DNA of 64,000 nucleotides from Tubulanus polymorphus. Taxonomy: Eukaryota > Animalia > Nemertea. Each line of letters starts with the position of its first letter. The first letter of the stretch is position 1. Below the pieces are notes generated by a model. That model did no database searches, was not told where the DNA came from, and worked only from the letters and a program-made list of their open reading frames with translations. The position numbers and the translations under genes are program-made. The stretch spans positions 62,001-126,000 of the forward strand of contig NC_134035.1 in assembly GCF_964204645.1 (NCBI RefSeq), in the 5' to 3' direction. This document shows positions 13,601-25,840 of the stretch, piece after piece.

Positions 13601-16600
13601 AATGATTTTCACACTGACAAAACAATTAATTTTCAAAGTCTGATGATGTGATTTCTGTTGATTTGTTAGTGTTTTACTTTACCTGATCAAGAGCGAGTTT
13701 CAGTTCTGCCGACTGCTGGGTACCGGCCAGAATCAAGTCACGTGACGAGTCGTGCATGCTCAAATCGTTAATGAAAAGACCGGCGTTGAACATATCATTG
13801 ATATCTTTCATTCTGTAAGATGAAGTGAAACATCTCAAATATACACTGTATGTTCTTCACCTCAATCTAATACCATATACTTACACAGGACATCCTAAGA
13901 ATATAATACTGTCCCAATCGTTCATGTACAACATTTGACCTTTGAGTTTCAAACATTTTGTGGAGCCACCGTCTGCTTCCTCACCACCATCTGATTCTCC
14001 TCCCTGCAGGAACAATACATCATCAAACATCATCAAACACCGATATTACCCAGCCCCGCCGGGATTACCCAGCCCCACCGAGATTACCCAGCCCACCGAG
14101 ATTACCCAGCCCCGCCGAGATTACCCAGCCCCGCCGAGATTACCCAGCCCCACCGAGATTACCCAGCCCCGCCGAGATTACCCAGCCCTACCGATATTAC
14201 CCAGCCCCACCGAGATTACCCAGCCCTACCGATATTACCCAGCCCTACCGATATTACCCAGCCCCACCGAGATTACCCAGCCCTACCGATATTACCCAGC
14301 CCACCGAGATTACCCAGCCCCGCCGAGATTACCCAACCCCGCCGAGATTACCCAGCCCCGCCGAGATTACCCAGCCCCGCCGTGATTACCCAGCCCCGCC
14401 GATATTACCCAGCCCCGCCGAGATTACCCAGCCCCACCGAGATTACCCAGCCCCGCCGAGATTACCCAGCCCCGCCGATATTACCCAGCCCCGCCGAGAT
14501 TACCCAGCCCCACCGATATTACCCAGCCCACCGAGATTACCCAGCCCCACCGAGATTACCCAGCCCCACGAGGACTTAGCTCCACGCAGAGTTCACTTAA
14601 CTCAATGCAGTATAGAGCTTTCACAAAGCTGAATGAATTGAGAACGAGAAGGTTGATAACTGTTTAACCTAACGCACATAACCCAAATCTATAATGATTC
14701 CTTTCAGAAATTAGGAAACCATGAAACCAACCTTTTTATCGCCATCTTCCTTTTCAGCATTTTCTTTATCTGCTTTTTCTTTTTCTGCCGCTTTCGCTTC
14801 TTTCTCTTCTTTCTCTTTTCTCTCTTTTGCCTCTTCTTGCTTTTGCTCGAGAAGTTTTCGTTTGCTCTCCCTGAGGACACGTGATAACATATTCAACGAT
14901 CAAATATCGGTTCACTCGTGCAAACGATTTCAGTTATAAGTTTAAAGTTTTGAATACATTCGACACTCGATATGCGAGCATCGATATCGTATATAATTTA
15001 CCTTCTTTCCATAACACTGGAATGTTTCTTTGACCTCCCTGTAGGTTTTGAACTGCTACCTCCTTTCATCAACGCGTTTAATTTCGCCTGCGCTTTCTCT
15101 ACGTCATCTCGCCGTCCTCCTTTTGCTACTTTACCCACACGATTTTTCTCTTCCTCAGCTGCAAATACAACGAAACTGTTTGTTGTTGTGTGGAGTTTTA
15201 ATTATTTGAACTGCTGGCCGAGGATTATTTATCACTTACCGAATTCCTTCAGATATTCTTGAAGATCTTTAACTTCTAACTTCGTTACGATTTCGAACAC
15301 GTTGTTTGTGTGCATCATCACCTATTTATCGATTAGTTTATGTATTTAGATTCAGCAGGGACCAGTTGTACAGTAGCAGCAGGGGCCAGTTGTACAGTAG
15401 CAGCAGGGGCCAGTTGTACAGTAGCAGCAGGGGCCAGTTGTACAGTAGCAGCAGGGACCAGTTGTACAGTAGCAGCAGGGGCCAGTTGTACAGTAGCAGC
15501 AGGGACCAGTTGTACAGTAGCAGCAGGGGCCAGTTGTACAGTAGCAGCAGGGACCAGTTGTACAGTAGCAGCAGGGACCAGTTGTACAGTAGCAGCAGGG
15601 GCCAGTTGTACAGTAGCAGCAGGGACCAGTTGTACAGTAGCAGCAGGGGCCAGTTGTACAGTAGCAGCAGGGACCAGTTGTACAGTAGCAGCAGGGGCCA
15701 GTTGTACAGTAGCACAGGGACCAGTTGTACAGTAGCAGCAGGGACCAGTTGTACAGTAGCAGCAGGGACCAGTTGTACAGTAGCAGCAGGGACCAGTTGT
15801 ACAGTAGCAACAGGGGCCAGTTGTACAGTAGCTGCTTATTTTGTTATAGTCGATTTATAATTTTTTATACTTACAGATTCCCAGCTGAAGCCGACAAGTG
15901 GTCGCGTCAAGTCGAAAATCTGGTTGATAGCATGACCCAACAGTTCGGGCATGACAGCCTTCAGACCATCGCCTATATACCGGACGGTCATACCACGATT
16001 GAATACTAAGTTGAACGGGAACACCTCGAAGAACACGTCTGACGGAACGGGTAAAGCATCTACTAATCGTTCAGCCTGAAGTTGGGCTGCTGTTTTGTAC
16101 GCGTGATTCGTGAAGTGCAATCGTAGAATGACGTTGATCATCGATTCTTGTACGAACTCAGACACGATCTCGATTTCTACTTCCGTGTCGTAAACAGACT
16201 TCGCCACTTGTCGAATCTGACCTTTGACGTAATGGATGAAGTTACGTCTTCGGGATCTGTAGTGAAGTGTGAGCCCGGTTTTCGATTCGTTCACGCAGAA
16301 GAAGCTAGGCGGTTTCAGTTTTGGGTAACTGAATCGTAGATATTCGTGTAGATTGTCCAGACCGTTCAGGAAATCTCGTAAATGACGTCCTAACACTTTC
16401 AACACGCCGTCGTAACCGTACTGACCGACGAAAGCGACGAATGTGACTCCCAAATCTTCTAAAACCTCCTCAACGGAGAAACCAGTCAGGTCGGACGCCG
16501 CCTCGGCCAGTGCCGGGATGTAATTCTCGTTGTAGACTTTGTGAGTGTTGAACGTAGTGAGAGGGATTCCCGCTAACTTCACAACCTGCTCCCAAATATC

Positions 16601-16657
16601 TTCACCATACTTGATTTTTACGTAATAGAAAATACCCTCTAACAATAAACCATACAT
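10681..16657 (-). CDS. Atypical soluble guanylate cyclase, Gyc-88E/beta3-like (H-NOX, PAS/H-NOBA, coiled coil, cyclase)
   Basis: Exons 15875-16657, 15240-15321, 15002-15158, 14732-14870, 13885-14003, 13683-13812, 13398-13544, 12883-13029, [12189-12345 or 11993-12149], 11601-11800, 11098-11367. The last exon is uncertain (possibly 10681-10695). Motifs: MYGLLLE start, proximal His104 (LDNLHEYL), YxSxR (YRSRR), distal Tyr143, [38 protein letters not shown]. Confidence 0.95.
10790..11056. repeat. 30-bp GC-rich minisatellite, ~9 copies, probably intronic in the sGC 3' end
   Basis: Unit GCGACGATGGGTGTGCCGGACGCCGGA-type. A good donor (AAG|gtatgt) at 11098 precedes it on the minus strand. Confidence 0.9.
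11993..12149 (-). CDS. sGC catalytic-domain exon, variant B ([52 protein letters not shown])
   Basis: ttacag acceptor, gtgagt donor, 157 nt, phase 0 to 1, open reading frame. Confidence 0.9.
12189..12345 (-). CDS. sGC catalytic-domain exon, variant A ([52 protein letters not shown])
   Basis: ttacag acceptor, gtgagt donor, 157 nt, phase 0 to 1, open reading frame. Confidence 0.85.
13145..13289. mobile_element. MITE of a window-wide family with (CA)GGNCCAGTT-like termini (PIF/Harbinger-like)
   Basis: Imperfect TIRs CAGGGGCCAATTGCACAGTCATGACTTA...TAAGCCATGACTATGCAACAGGCCCCTG. Related copies at ~12688-12790, 36923-36995, 49840-49952, 52192-52279, 55654-55786 and 55873-56030. Confidence 0.7.
14040..14570. 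repeat. 19-20-bp intronic minisatellite
   Basis: Unit CCGAGATTACCCAGCCCCG/A, ~27 copies, in an sGC intron. Confidence 0.95.
15352..15835. repeat. 24-bp intronic minisatellite, ~20 copies
   Basis: Unit CAGCAGGG(A/G)CCAGTTGTACAGTAG. Confidence 0.95.
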
Positions 16658-18051
16658 TTTGATTTTTTTTCTGAAAATAAGGAACATAGAATTTTGAATT
16701 GAAAATCTTTACGATAAAGTTATTAGAGGATCTCACGGGGCTAAGATAGAACGTATGAATCGGTAGACCAGACGACAAACTCCATGGCGATCAGGTCCAC
16801 AGGTCTCAGTAAGAATTAGTCCATTCCCAATTAGTTAACTCTCGGTTCATCCGAAATTCTTTTAAGTTTGATTGAGTTATAAACGAAGTCATATCAACAA
16901 ATTTTAACTCAGAGTCAAATTTGAAGAGAGAACTGCGGAAATGGACCGTGTGCAGTCAAGGTTCAACTCGTATGTGAGGTACCGGGGCTATAAACAGTTA
17001 AATGTTTGGTCATCCAAAGGTTTAACGTGTTCCAAGCTAAGCGAATTTCTACATAAAAATAAAATTGAGTTAACTGAAAATATCTCGTTAACCTACCTCG
17101 AATTCTCCTTCTTGTGATAAAAGTTAAACAATCCTTTTGTAATCTTTACTTCAGCAGTATTTCACTGATCTGTATCGTGTTAAATACTAAACGTTGCGGT
17201 GACCGACGTCGCTCTTAAATAACCGACCGTTTCAATGTTTACCCGGGCAACGTTAGAAAAATACATAAATACCTAATACAGATCGGTGTGTATAGCGTCC
17301 TTGGAGGAGTGGATGAAGACTTTTGGACAAAAGATTGTCGTTTTCATCCCCCCTGCAATTACCGTTTTCCGATATCGACAGCCTCATTAATTTACTTAAT
17401 AACCCGCTGATATAGTGCCCCTCATCTACCGGTGGTTATATATCAGCAGTTATGTAATTATACTATATATCTGGTAATGCGTGTTATCAAGGGTTGGTTT
17501 CGTCTTTATATAAATATCCGTGAATTCTGATAATTTCGATGCTATTTTGTTGGTTTTTTTAAGTCTATCGTTTTATAAACCAAAATCATATTCGTATTCT
17601 TGAGTCAGACTTACAAACACTCTCCCTGCCTGAAACAGAAACCCACAATCACATGAAAAAATCATCTAAATCTTAAATCATAAAATTAATTTGAATTTTA
17701 CTCTAAAATCTGGACTCACCGCTTGGGATGAGACGTCATAAACAGGACTGGCTTCAGAACCTATTCGAATCACGACCACGCCTTAGAATAGAAGAGAGTA
17801 TAATTGTTGTTTATAACAGATGACAGAATCATATGTTTGATCATTTACGCCACCGAAAGCAGTCAATCTTGAGAGGATATCAAATTTTCGGTTTTAAATT
17901 TTCCTCTGTTTGAAAAGCTGTATTTGTCATTTATGTTAATTTGGGTGGAGTCCTGATGAGAATATGTATATTAAAACCTCTAAAATAAAAGTTTCTAGTT
18001 GTATTCAGACGCTGCTGCTGTCAGGGTCTATCACTAGGAACTAAACCAGAC

Positions 18052-21000
18052 ATGTGAGTAATTCAGATATCATTTATTTTGAAATGAATTTAAAAAGTTT
18101 TGTGAATTGAATGATTTTGAATGATCTAATTTAAAATCGCGTGAAATCCTCTACGAAAATTGCTCTAGAATAATTTTTCAAACGGGAAATTGTTAATTTG
18201 ATAGTAGATGATAAAGGATGTATTTTTTGTGTCTGGTATTTTTGAAGTTGTCGATGTTGTAAAGTTGAACTGGAATATATCTATTTCAGGGGTTGGTTTA
18301 GTCTGTGCTGTCTGATAGTCATCGCTGTACTCATAGGGATAGACTTATTAGTCCAGAAATCTGGTGGGTACAACTTTCATGTCTTCATTTGAGAGATTTC
18401 ATTTCTGGGGGAAATCAGGATCCGGTTCTACTGATTCGTGTTTTCATCACATATTTCCATAAAAGGCAAAAAGTCACGGTTTTCTTTATTTGTTTTATCA
18501 TTCGAATCAAATTCATCACAATTATTATTAATTCACTACTTAGTAGAACCGGATCCTGATCAGTAGAACCAGATCCTGATCAGTAGAACCGGATCCTGAT
18601 CAGTAGAACCGGATCCTGATCAGTAGAACCGGATCCTGACCGACGAACGATTCAATTGATTGTATTCAACAATTTATTTCTAAAACCTTGAAAGCGCTTT
18701 CATATGATTTTAAGTTTATTCTGGTTTTTCGCAGACGCCACTGCTACAAGAAACAGCACATTTCCATTTAAAAATCGCTTGCCGGGAAGATTCCCAGGAT
18801 TTCCGGCACCCGACGATAAACAGGTGACCGTTAAAAATGATGTAAACTCGACGAGCGTACCGCCACCGACCACAGCAACAACTACTGATCAAATTCAATC
18901 TGTATCTGAGTCTACTGCTGCTGCAGCTACAACAACTACTGATCAAATTCGATCTGTATCTGAGTCTACTGCTGCTGCAGCTACAACAACTACTGATCAA
19001 ATTCGATCTGTATCTGAGTCTACTGCTGCTGCAGCTACAACAACTACTGATCAAATTCGATCTGTATCTGAGTCTACTGCTGCTGCAGCTACAACAACTA
19101 CTGATCAAATTCGATCTGTATCTGAGTCTACTGCTGCTGCAGCTACAACAACAACAGCCATTGTTTCTACTTCTAAACCAGATACAACAAATATTAAGAA
19201 AACGAGAAAATATAATTCGAATAACGAAGAGAATTTCACTTGTAAATCGATAGCGGTTCCAGCGCACGATGATCGAACCAATCATAGCCTGGCATTGATA
19301 TCGTCGATTTGTATCCCAGCCAGTCGCATCGACCCCGAAACATCATCAAACTTCATTAAGAAACAGATTTACAACGATTTGATCGGCTTTTTATCGCACG
19401 GCGTTTCCTCGTTGATAGAGGGAGGAGGGACGACTGATTTGACGGATGATTTAGTCTACTACGTTCAAAACTGCGGCTCCAAATTTCCGCTGTATATGAA
19501 TTCCGGTCCATTAGAGATCTCTACCCCTAACTACCCGGATAACTACCCACCGATGGCGACGTGTAAATGGACGATACGATCGAGTAAGGGCTACCGACTA
19601 AAACTGAACATGGAGATAGACGTAGAAGAAGGTATGGACTGCGAGTATGATAGATTCACGGTAATCGATGAACAGGCTGGTGTAACTGATTACTACTGCG
19701 AGGAGACAGGTAATCTCTACATATACACGACCGCAGGTCCTGAAATACAGATGGTATTTTTCAGCGACGATGAATTCGAAACTGCTGGCGTCCTGATTCG
19801 ACTCGAACAAATACCGGATACGGAACTTTTCGATAGTTTTCTGTTGGAGGAAACGTTCGCGAGTGAGTATCTGAAACGCGACAATAGAGTGATTTCCGTT
19901 CGAGGAAGGAACCAAAAACGTACAGTTGCGATCGGGATGGATAATGGTCGGTACATCAGCGATACCTGGTCATTCCGCGTGCTGTCCAATCACTCCATTC
20001 AAATAGTCGTTCATGATTTGAATATGACAAATTCGGGCGCGAAATGCGTAGATGAATATCTAGAAATTGTCGATGTAATTTTGAATTCGACGTCTCGGCT
20101 TTGCGGTAAACGAACGCACGCGGTCTTAAACCTGATGGGCTCGGAGGCGAAGTTTACTGTACGCCTGAGGTCGACTAGTTCGCTAGAAACCCTTCAAAAT
20201 GCTTTGTTCGCGTCCGTTTACGCGACTCCAAATACAATACAGTACCGACCACTAAAACATATTAATATAGATGTAGCAAATAATACTAAGGAATTCATAC
20301 TAAGTCACCAGGCTCCTTCTGTACCGATTAAAACAGTCTTTCAATACCAATTTCGAGCACCGTATTTCCTACGAGTTCATCTACAGTTTGAAGGTATCGA
20401 CAACACGACTATAGACCAAATTGAGTATAAAGAAGGCCCGTGGGATATCGCTACGGAAATGAAACCGTTATCCGAAAAGTATTTAACATCTAATTCGCCA
20501 ATAGTTTTTGTCCAGTTCACCGTCGATATGAGTAAACTTGGCCACAATTATAAGGTGAAGGTCACGCATACGGCTTTACAGCTTATCATCACTAATCACA
20601 AAACCGTTCAAATGCGCCGCGTTGTCGAAAGGAATCAGTTATTCTCAGATGACAGCGGAGGATATTTACCGAATACTTATTCTTATATTCGAGCCGATTT
20701 GGGCATTTCGTCTTCGTTGCGAGTTAGATTGGCAATAAACTCGAGTAAAACGGCTCCGGTCGACGATACATGCTCTCATTGGGGATTCGGGTTCATAGAT
20801 AGAGACCCGAGTGGGGACACGGTGATGTACGGTCCATTCTGCGGTAATTCTAACAGCAGCGGTATCCCAGCGTCCTACGTCGCGCATAGTTCGAAATTAG
20901 AACTGATTTGGTATTCTTACGGGATTTACTTGAATAATGAAATATTCGGGGTTTTAAGTATGGATGTATTATATACAGAATGCGTTGGATACGTGTTAGG

Positions 21001-24000
21001 TGAATCGACCGCGCCGATACAGAGTACCGGTCCTCCTTGTCTACACGTACAGCAGTTACCGGCCAACAAACCACTGACCGGTAATGTCTCAATAACGATA
21101 ACCAGCGGGAGGGTCGCATACGAAACCAAAAATCCGCACTCGCTAACCTTAGTAAACAGTTCATTTTGTAAAGAAACCCGCACCGTATCGACGACTTGCA
21201 GCACTGGAAACGAAGGTTGCCGGGTTGAGGCGGTGATGTCTTCGGAATGTCCGTATTCTCAGTCTGCGTGGGGGATAACGTTCACGTACGTGTGTAGCCT
21301 GTCACAGCCCCATAATCAGATTAAATGGCTACAGAAACCATGCGGGGTTTTAAGATCGATGCAAAGTCTTAAACGCAGTCCTGTGGTTAAGATATTCTGG
21401 AAACTAACGGCTTGTTCGAGAGACAATGACGGTTATTACGAATTCGAATTTCTATCCGCGTTACCGGAGAAATTTGGACTGGTTACCATCACCGAAACGG
21501 TCGCGTATCCTCGATGTAGTAATTCAACTATCGGTAGGAAATCAGTGAACGATGTTATTCTTAGCGATATCGCTCAACACAGTAAATACAGAACTTACTC
21601 TAACCAGAGAATTGTAGTCGAAGCGATGCTGATGAGCGAAGACGCAAAACTAGAAATCAGGTTTGTACTGGAGCGGTTTCTGCGGGTTAGGGGTGTCCTG
21701 GGATCTGGTAATAAACAACCCGATAATAACTTTACGACTGTCGAACATAATGGTGGTTACTACACGTATGTTCCCGCGTCAAAGATACCCTGGATGTTCC
21801 AGACCTGGCACGACCAGAGAGCGGACTGTAAGCGGCTAACCGGCGGTGATCTAGTCAGCATCAACACCGATGACGAATGGAATTTCATTAGATACCATCT
21901 ACAAACAGGTGTCTGGGCAACGCTGGCTGCTTCTTCGCAAGATCGCAGGATCGCTATTGGACTTTTCATAGATAAAACAGTAAGTTAGAAGATGTGCTTT
22001 ACAAGCCGCGATCACACGACGAGCATTTTGAACCGTACCAAAATCGGCCTGGAACAACAGTGTTCGCACTGGTGCCAAATCGACCCTTCCTTGCCTGTTT
22101 GACCCGTGCCGTTGGACCAGGCCCGAACCAAATTTTAGTGCAGGTAGAATTGTTGCGTTGGAAACTGCAGCGGTGAAAGCGGCGACAATAATTTACTGAA
22201 TTACGTTTCTTGCTTGCAACTGGTTCCGGAAGTGTCTCACGATTTTTGTATCGAGTGAGTGCTCTCTTATAAGGCATGGGCCAAATCTCGGGCCTGACCC
22301 GGGCCAAATCGTCGCCGTGTGATCGTCATTGTCATTGCAATTTTTTACCATCGCGATATCTCCATAAATATCACTACTAACCGTCTGATATCTGTGTGTG
22401 ATTTATCATTACAGACAGGTATGTTAGAATGGAGCGATGGAAGCCCGTATAATTACAATGAATTCCTATCGGTTCAGATGTCGTCTCTTGTGAAAAATCG
22501 TCAAATATCTAACGTGGAATTAGCTATTCATCTATTACTGATACAGAATCCTAGTCGAGCGTTCGCGCAGCTCACTTTACCAAAGTACGTGGCGAATCCT
22601 TCAGACTATATCTGTAAATACAGCGTGTCGAACTCAACCTCAGAACCCATTCATATTGAATCAGGTATCTATATGTGTACTAGCGTTGTTTCTATTTCCA
22701 AGCAAATTTTCTTTTTATTTTTGTATTTAGTAACACACTTTAACTAGCGATGTGTCGATCTGCAGCATGTGGCTCAATCGAAGGCTGCTGATTGGTCTCT
22801 ACCGATTCCGGAATTCCTTCTGGCGCATTCATTTCGACCAGAATACACTCTATCCCTATTCTGGAATAGTATAATCCGTAACCCCCGATAGAAGCGACTG
22901 GGAGAGAGTTCGTTCCTTCAAAATCGAAAACTCTTGCTCAGTATTAATCTGCAACATGACACCACACCTTTCAAACTAAAAGAAAAAAACATTTCCGAAA
23001 GGGTTGGTGCCAGGCTTTAACATAATATCGGAATGTTTTTCTCTTGCGCAGGTTCTTCTTATAAGAAATGTCGCGACGACGGTATGGTGTTCTTCAAAAA
23101 CGTGTGTATCAGTCTAGAGGAAAGATTCGTCATCGAAAGTGAATGTTTGAGCGTCGATCAGAAAAGGTTTTCGTTCCGTTCAACACAAGTAGATGAAATG
23201 AAAAAGTTGTTTTTGATGTTAAAAATTCCTCGTGAAAAAAAGGTCGAAATGAACAACGGCGTGAAAGGTTGCTTTATGGCTACACTCGGCATAAACGACG
23301 ACATTCGATCATTAAGCTGTTTTCTACCTGTTTCAAAAAGAGCTAAATTTCTGATTTTATGTCAGAGCGATCCTATTGAACAGGAGACAGTGTGTAACAG
23401 GGAACAGATTGAATGCGGTGACGGTACGTGTGTCTCGTACGACCGTCAATGTGACGGTCACGCTGATTGTCCCGGTGGTGACGACGAACACTCGTGCGGT
23501 ACAGCGACACCTGCTCCGATGTCTCGGTGCAACGATGGCAGTTTTGTTCATATCGAACGAATTTGCGATTTTTCGATCGACTGCTCGGACGGATCGGATG
23601 AAAGCGCGTGCGTTTATCCATCCTGTAACAGCGAACAGTATCGCTGTAATTCGGGTAAATGTATCAGTTACATGAAACGATGCGATGGTTATAAAGATTG
23701 CGATGACGGTGTTGACGAAGATGCGTGCACCTCGGCGGATTGTCGAGGCGTCTGGTGTCCGAGTACATCGATATGTTTACCACTAGTAACAGCACGAAAC
23801 GGTCGTATCGAATGTCCTCCTCCGGACGAGACAGATGAACTGATGAACGTCTCTTATTCGTGTGATAGTGTGAAACACGCGAGTTGTAACAACGATTTCT
23901 CCAAATGTTTCAATCGAAAGAACACGTGTATTCTCGACCGAGCCGGGAACCGTTCGTTCGAGCAGTGCGACAACCAGGCGCATCTTAAACACTGTCAGAA

Positions 24001-25840
24001 CTTCGAATGTCCGGGTAAATTCAAATGCCACAATTCCTACTGCATCAACATGAAACACAGGTGCGACGGTGTGATCGATTGTGGAGGAGGTGAGGACGAA
24101 TCGGGCTGTTCGAACCGTTCGTGGAAATCGGGTTTGTTTCGATGCTCCGAGGAGGGTTACCTGTTGTCCCAATCGCAGGTGTGCGATGGTACATTAGACT
24201 GTCCGATAACCGGTGAAGATGAACGTTATTGTGAACTAACGCCTTGTATCAGTGGCTGTAAGTGTATCGGGCACCAGGTGAACTGCAGCGAACCGACTAC
24301 CGGCATCGTGCCATTCATTATACGATTAACTGATCATTTAAAGTCGCTTTCAATCCAAAATAACAAAATGACAGTTTTTTCTGGTCTGTTCGTCGGGTTG
24401 AAACGATTGATTAGTTTAACTTTGCGTAGAATCATTCTGAACAGAGTGACGTCAACCACTTTCGGTAAAATGCTCAATCTCAGGTATCTGGATGTAAGTA
24501 ACAACGCGATCGCTGAGCTGACCGCGAATTCATTGACGGGTCTAACCAATCTACGACAGCTGATTATATCTAATAATCCCATCATTAAAATACACCACGA
24601 TACATTCTCTAAACTGATAAATCTACAACATCTCAACTGTTCCGGCATCAGTAAAATTGTACTCGGCAAATTCGTCATCCCAAGATCTCTTCGGTCATTG
24701 GACGCCACAAATTCCTTCATCGAATCTGACGAGGCGATTCGTCCAGCAGGCGACAGTCCAAATCAAAATATGATTCCCAATGGCGCCAGTCTGCTGACCA
24801 AGGGATCCAGAATCGCAAAAACTGGTATCGAATTCTTGCAATCGTCGGCACAGACCTCGTCTCGGAACAGCTCGTATCTAGTGTATTCAGATGATTTTGT
24901 GACTTGTTGCGCGGCGGCCGGATTGGCTCGTTGTAACGCGTCGATACGGGAACCCCTGTCAACCTGCACCGATTTCATCCACGACGTAAAATTACGCCTG
25001 TTTCTTTGGGTTTCGGCGATATTCGGAAATGTCGGCAACGTTTGTATAATCGTAGGTAAAGTCGTTAGATTTACGAGGACCGCCGATCTCACCATCCGAA
25101 TATCAGCCTTCGTCGTCATCAACGTCGCTATCGTCGGTTTCTTGGCATCGAATTTCTCGTTGATTTTGATGCTGGCAGATGTTTATATGTCGTCTGGAGA
25201 TTATTTCCATTATCATAACGAATGGCGGAACGGTACATTGTGTAGTTTTACAGGATTTCTAGGATCTGTTTGCCCAATGATGACCACATTTACGGCGCTG
25301 TTAGTATCGATGAAACGTCTCTATATGTACCCGAACACTAAGAAGCACCCACGTCTATTGGTTTACTTCGTAGTCGCCTGCATAGTTGCCTGGATGGTCG
25401 GGATAGGTTTAAGCGGTTGTAATTTGGTCATCTTGCCCGGTGGTTATAATCATCTGAACAACTTATGCTTGGTGCAGGATTCCACGAGTATTTGGGTGTC
25501 TATTGTTTATCTGTACACACCAGTAGTTATCGGCGGTTTAGTTATCGTCGTGTACTCAGTAATGGCTGTCGTCGTTAGAATCAACAGAAATTCTCCCAGT
25601 AAACACGGAATCGAAGATACCATTTCGATCGGTTTACTGATTTGTCTTATCCCGTCTTGTTTAGGGGGTTTCTCTACTCTGGGGGTAGGTCGCGATTCTA
25701 ATCTGTGGTTTAACGCCGCTACGCTGTCGTTCATGGCGTTATGCGCGCCGCTGATGATTCTAACGCAGTGCCCGAGACACGTCAAAATACCTAACAATCA
25801 GCATCACGAAGAAAACAAGGAAAACTTATCGAAATACTAA
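18052..25840 (+). CDS. GRL101-like LDLa-LRR GPCR with an extended ectodomain (signal peptide, Thr-rich mucin repeat, CUB domains, C-type lectin-like domain); ~2,119 aa
   Basis: Exons 18052-18053 (AT), 18290-18363, 18735-21979, 22415-22664 and 23052-25840 join in frame (6,360 nt). Signal peptide MGWFSLCCLIVIAVLIGIDLLVQKS. CUB motifs ISTPNYPDNYPPMATCKWTI...CEYDRF and CVDEYLEI...RLCG. CTL motifs WHDQRADC, GDLVSI, IGL, EWSDGS, YICKY. About 7 LDLa modules (CDG..DC..G.DE..C), LRRNT PCISGCKC, LRRs (LRYLDVSNNAI), hinge CC, then 7 hydrophobic helices. Confidence 0.9.
18540..18640. repeat. 20-bp intronic tandem repeat, 5 copies
   Basis: Unit CAGTAGAACCGGATCCTGAT. Confidence 0.9.
18875..19155 (+). repeat. 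54-bp coding tandem repeat (TTTTDQIRSVSESTAAAA x5), mucin-like
   Basis: In-frame, near-identical repeats within the 3.2-kb receptor exon. Confidence 0.9.

Noticed and set aside
13942-14632. Pro-rich extensin-like ORFs
   Set aside because: Produced by a 19-20-bp intronic minisatellite antisense to the sGC.
15306-15860. Cys-rich (CCYCTTGP)n metallothionein-like and other repeat ORFs
   Set aside because: A 24-bp intronic minisatellite open in several frames, with no splice support.
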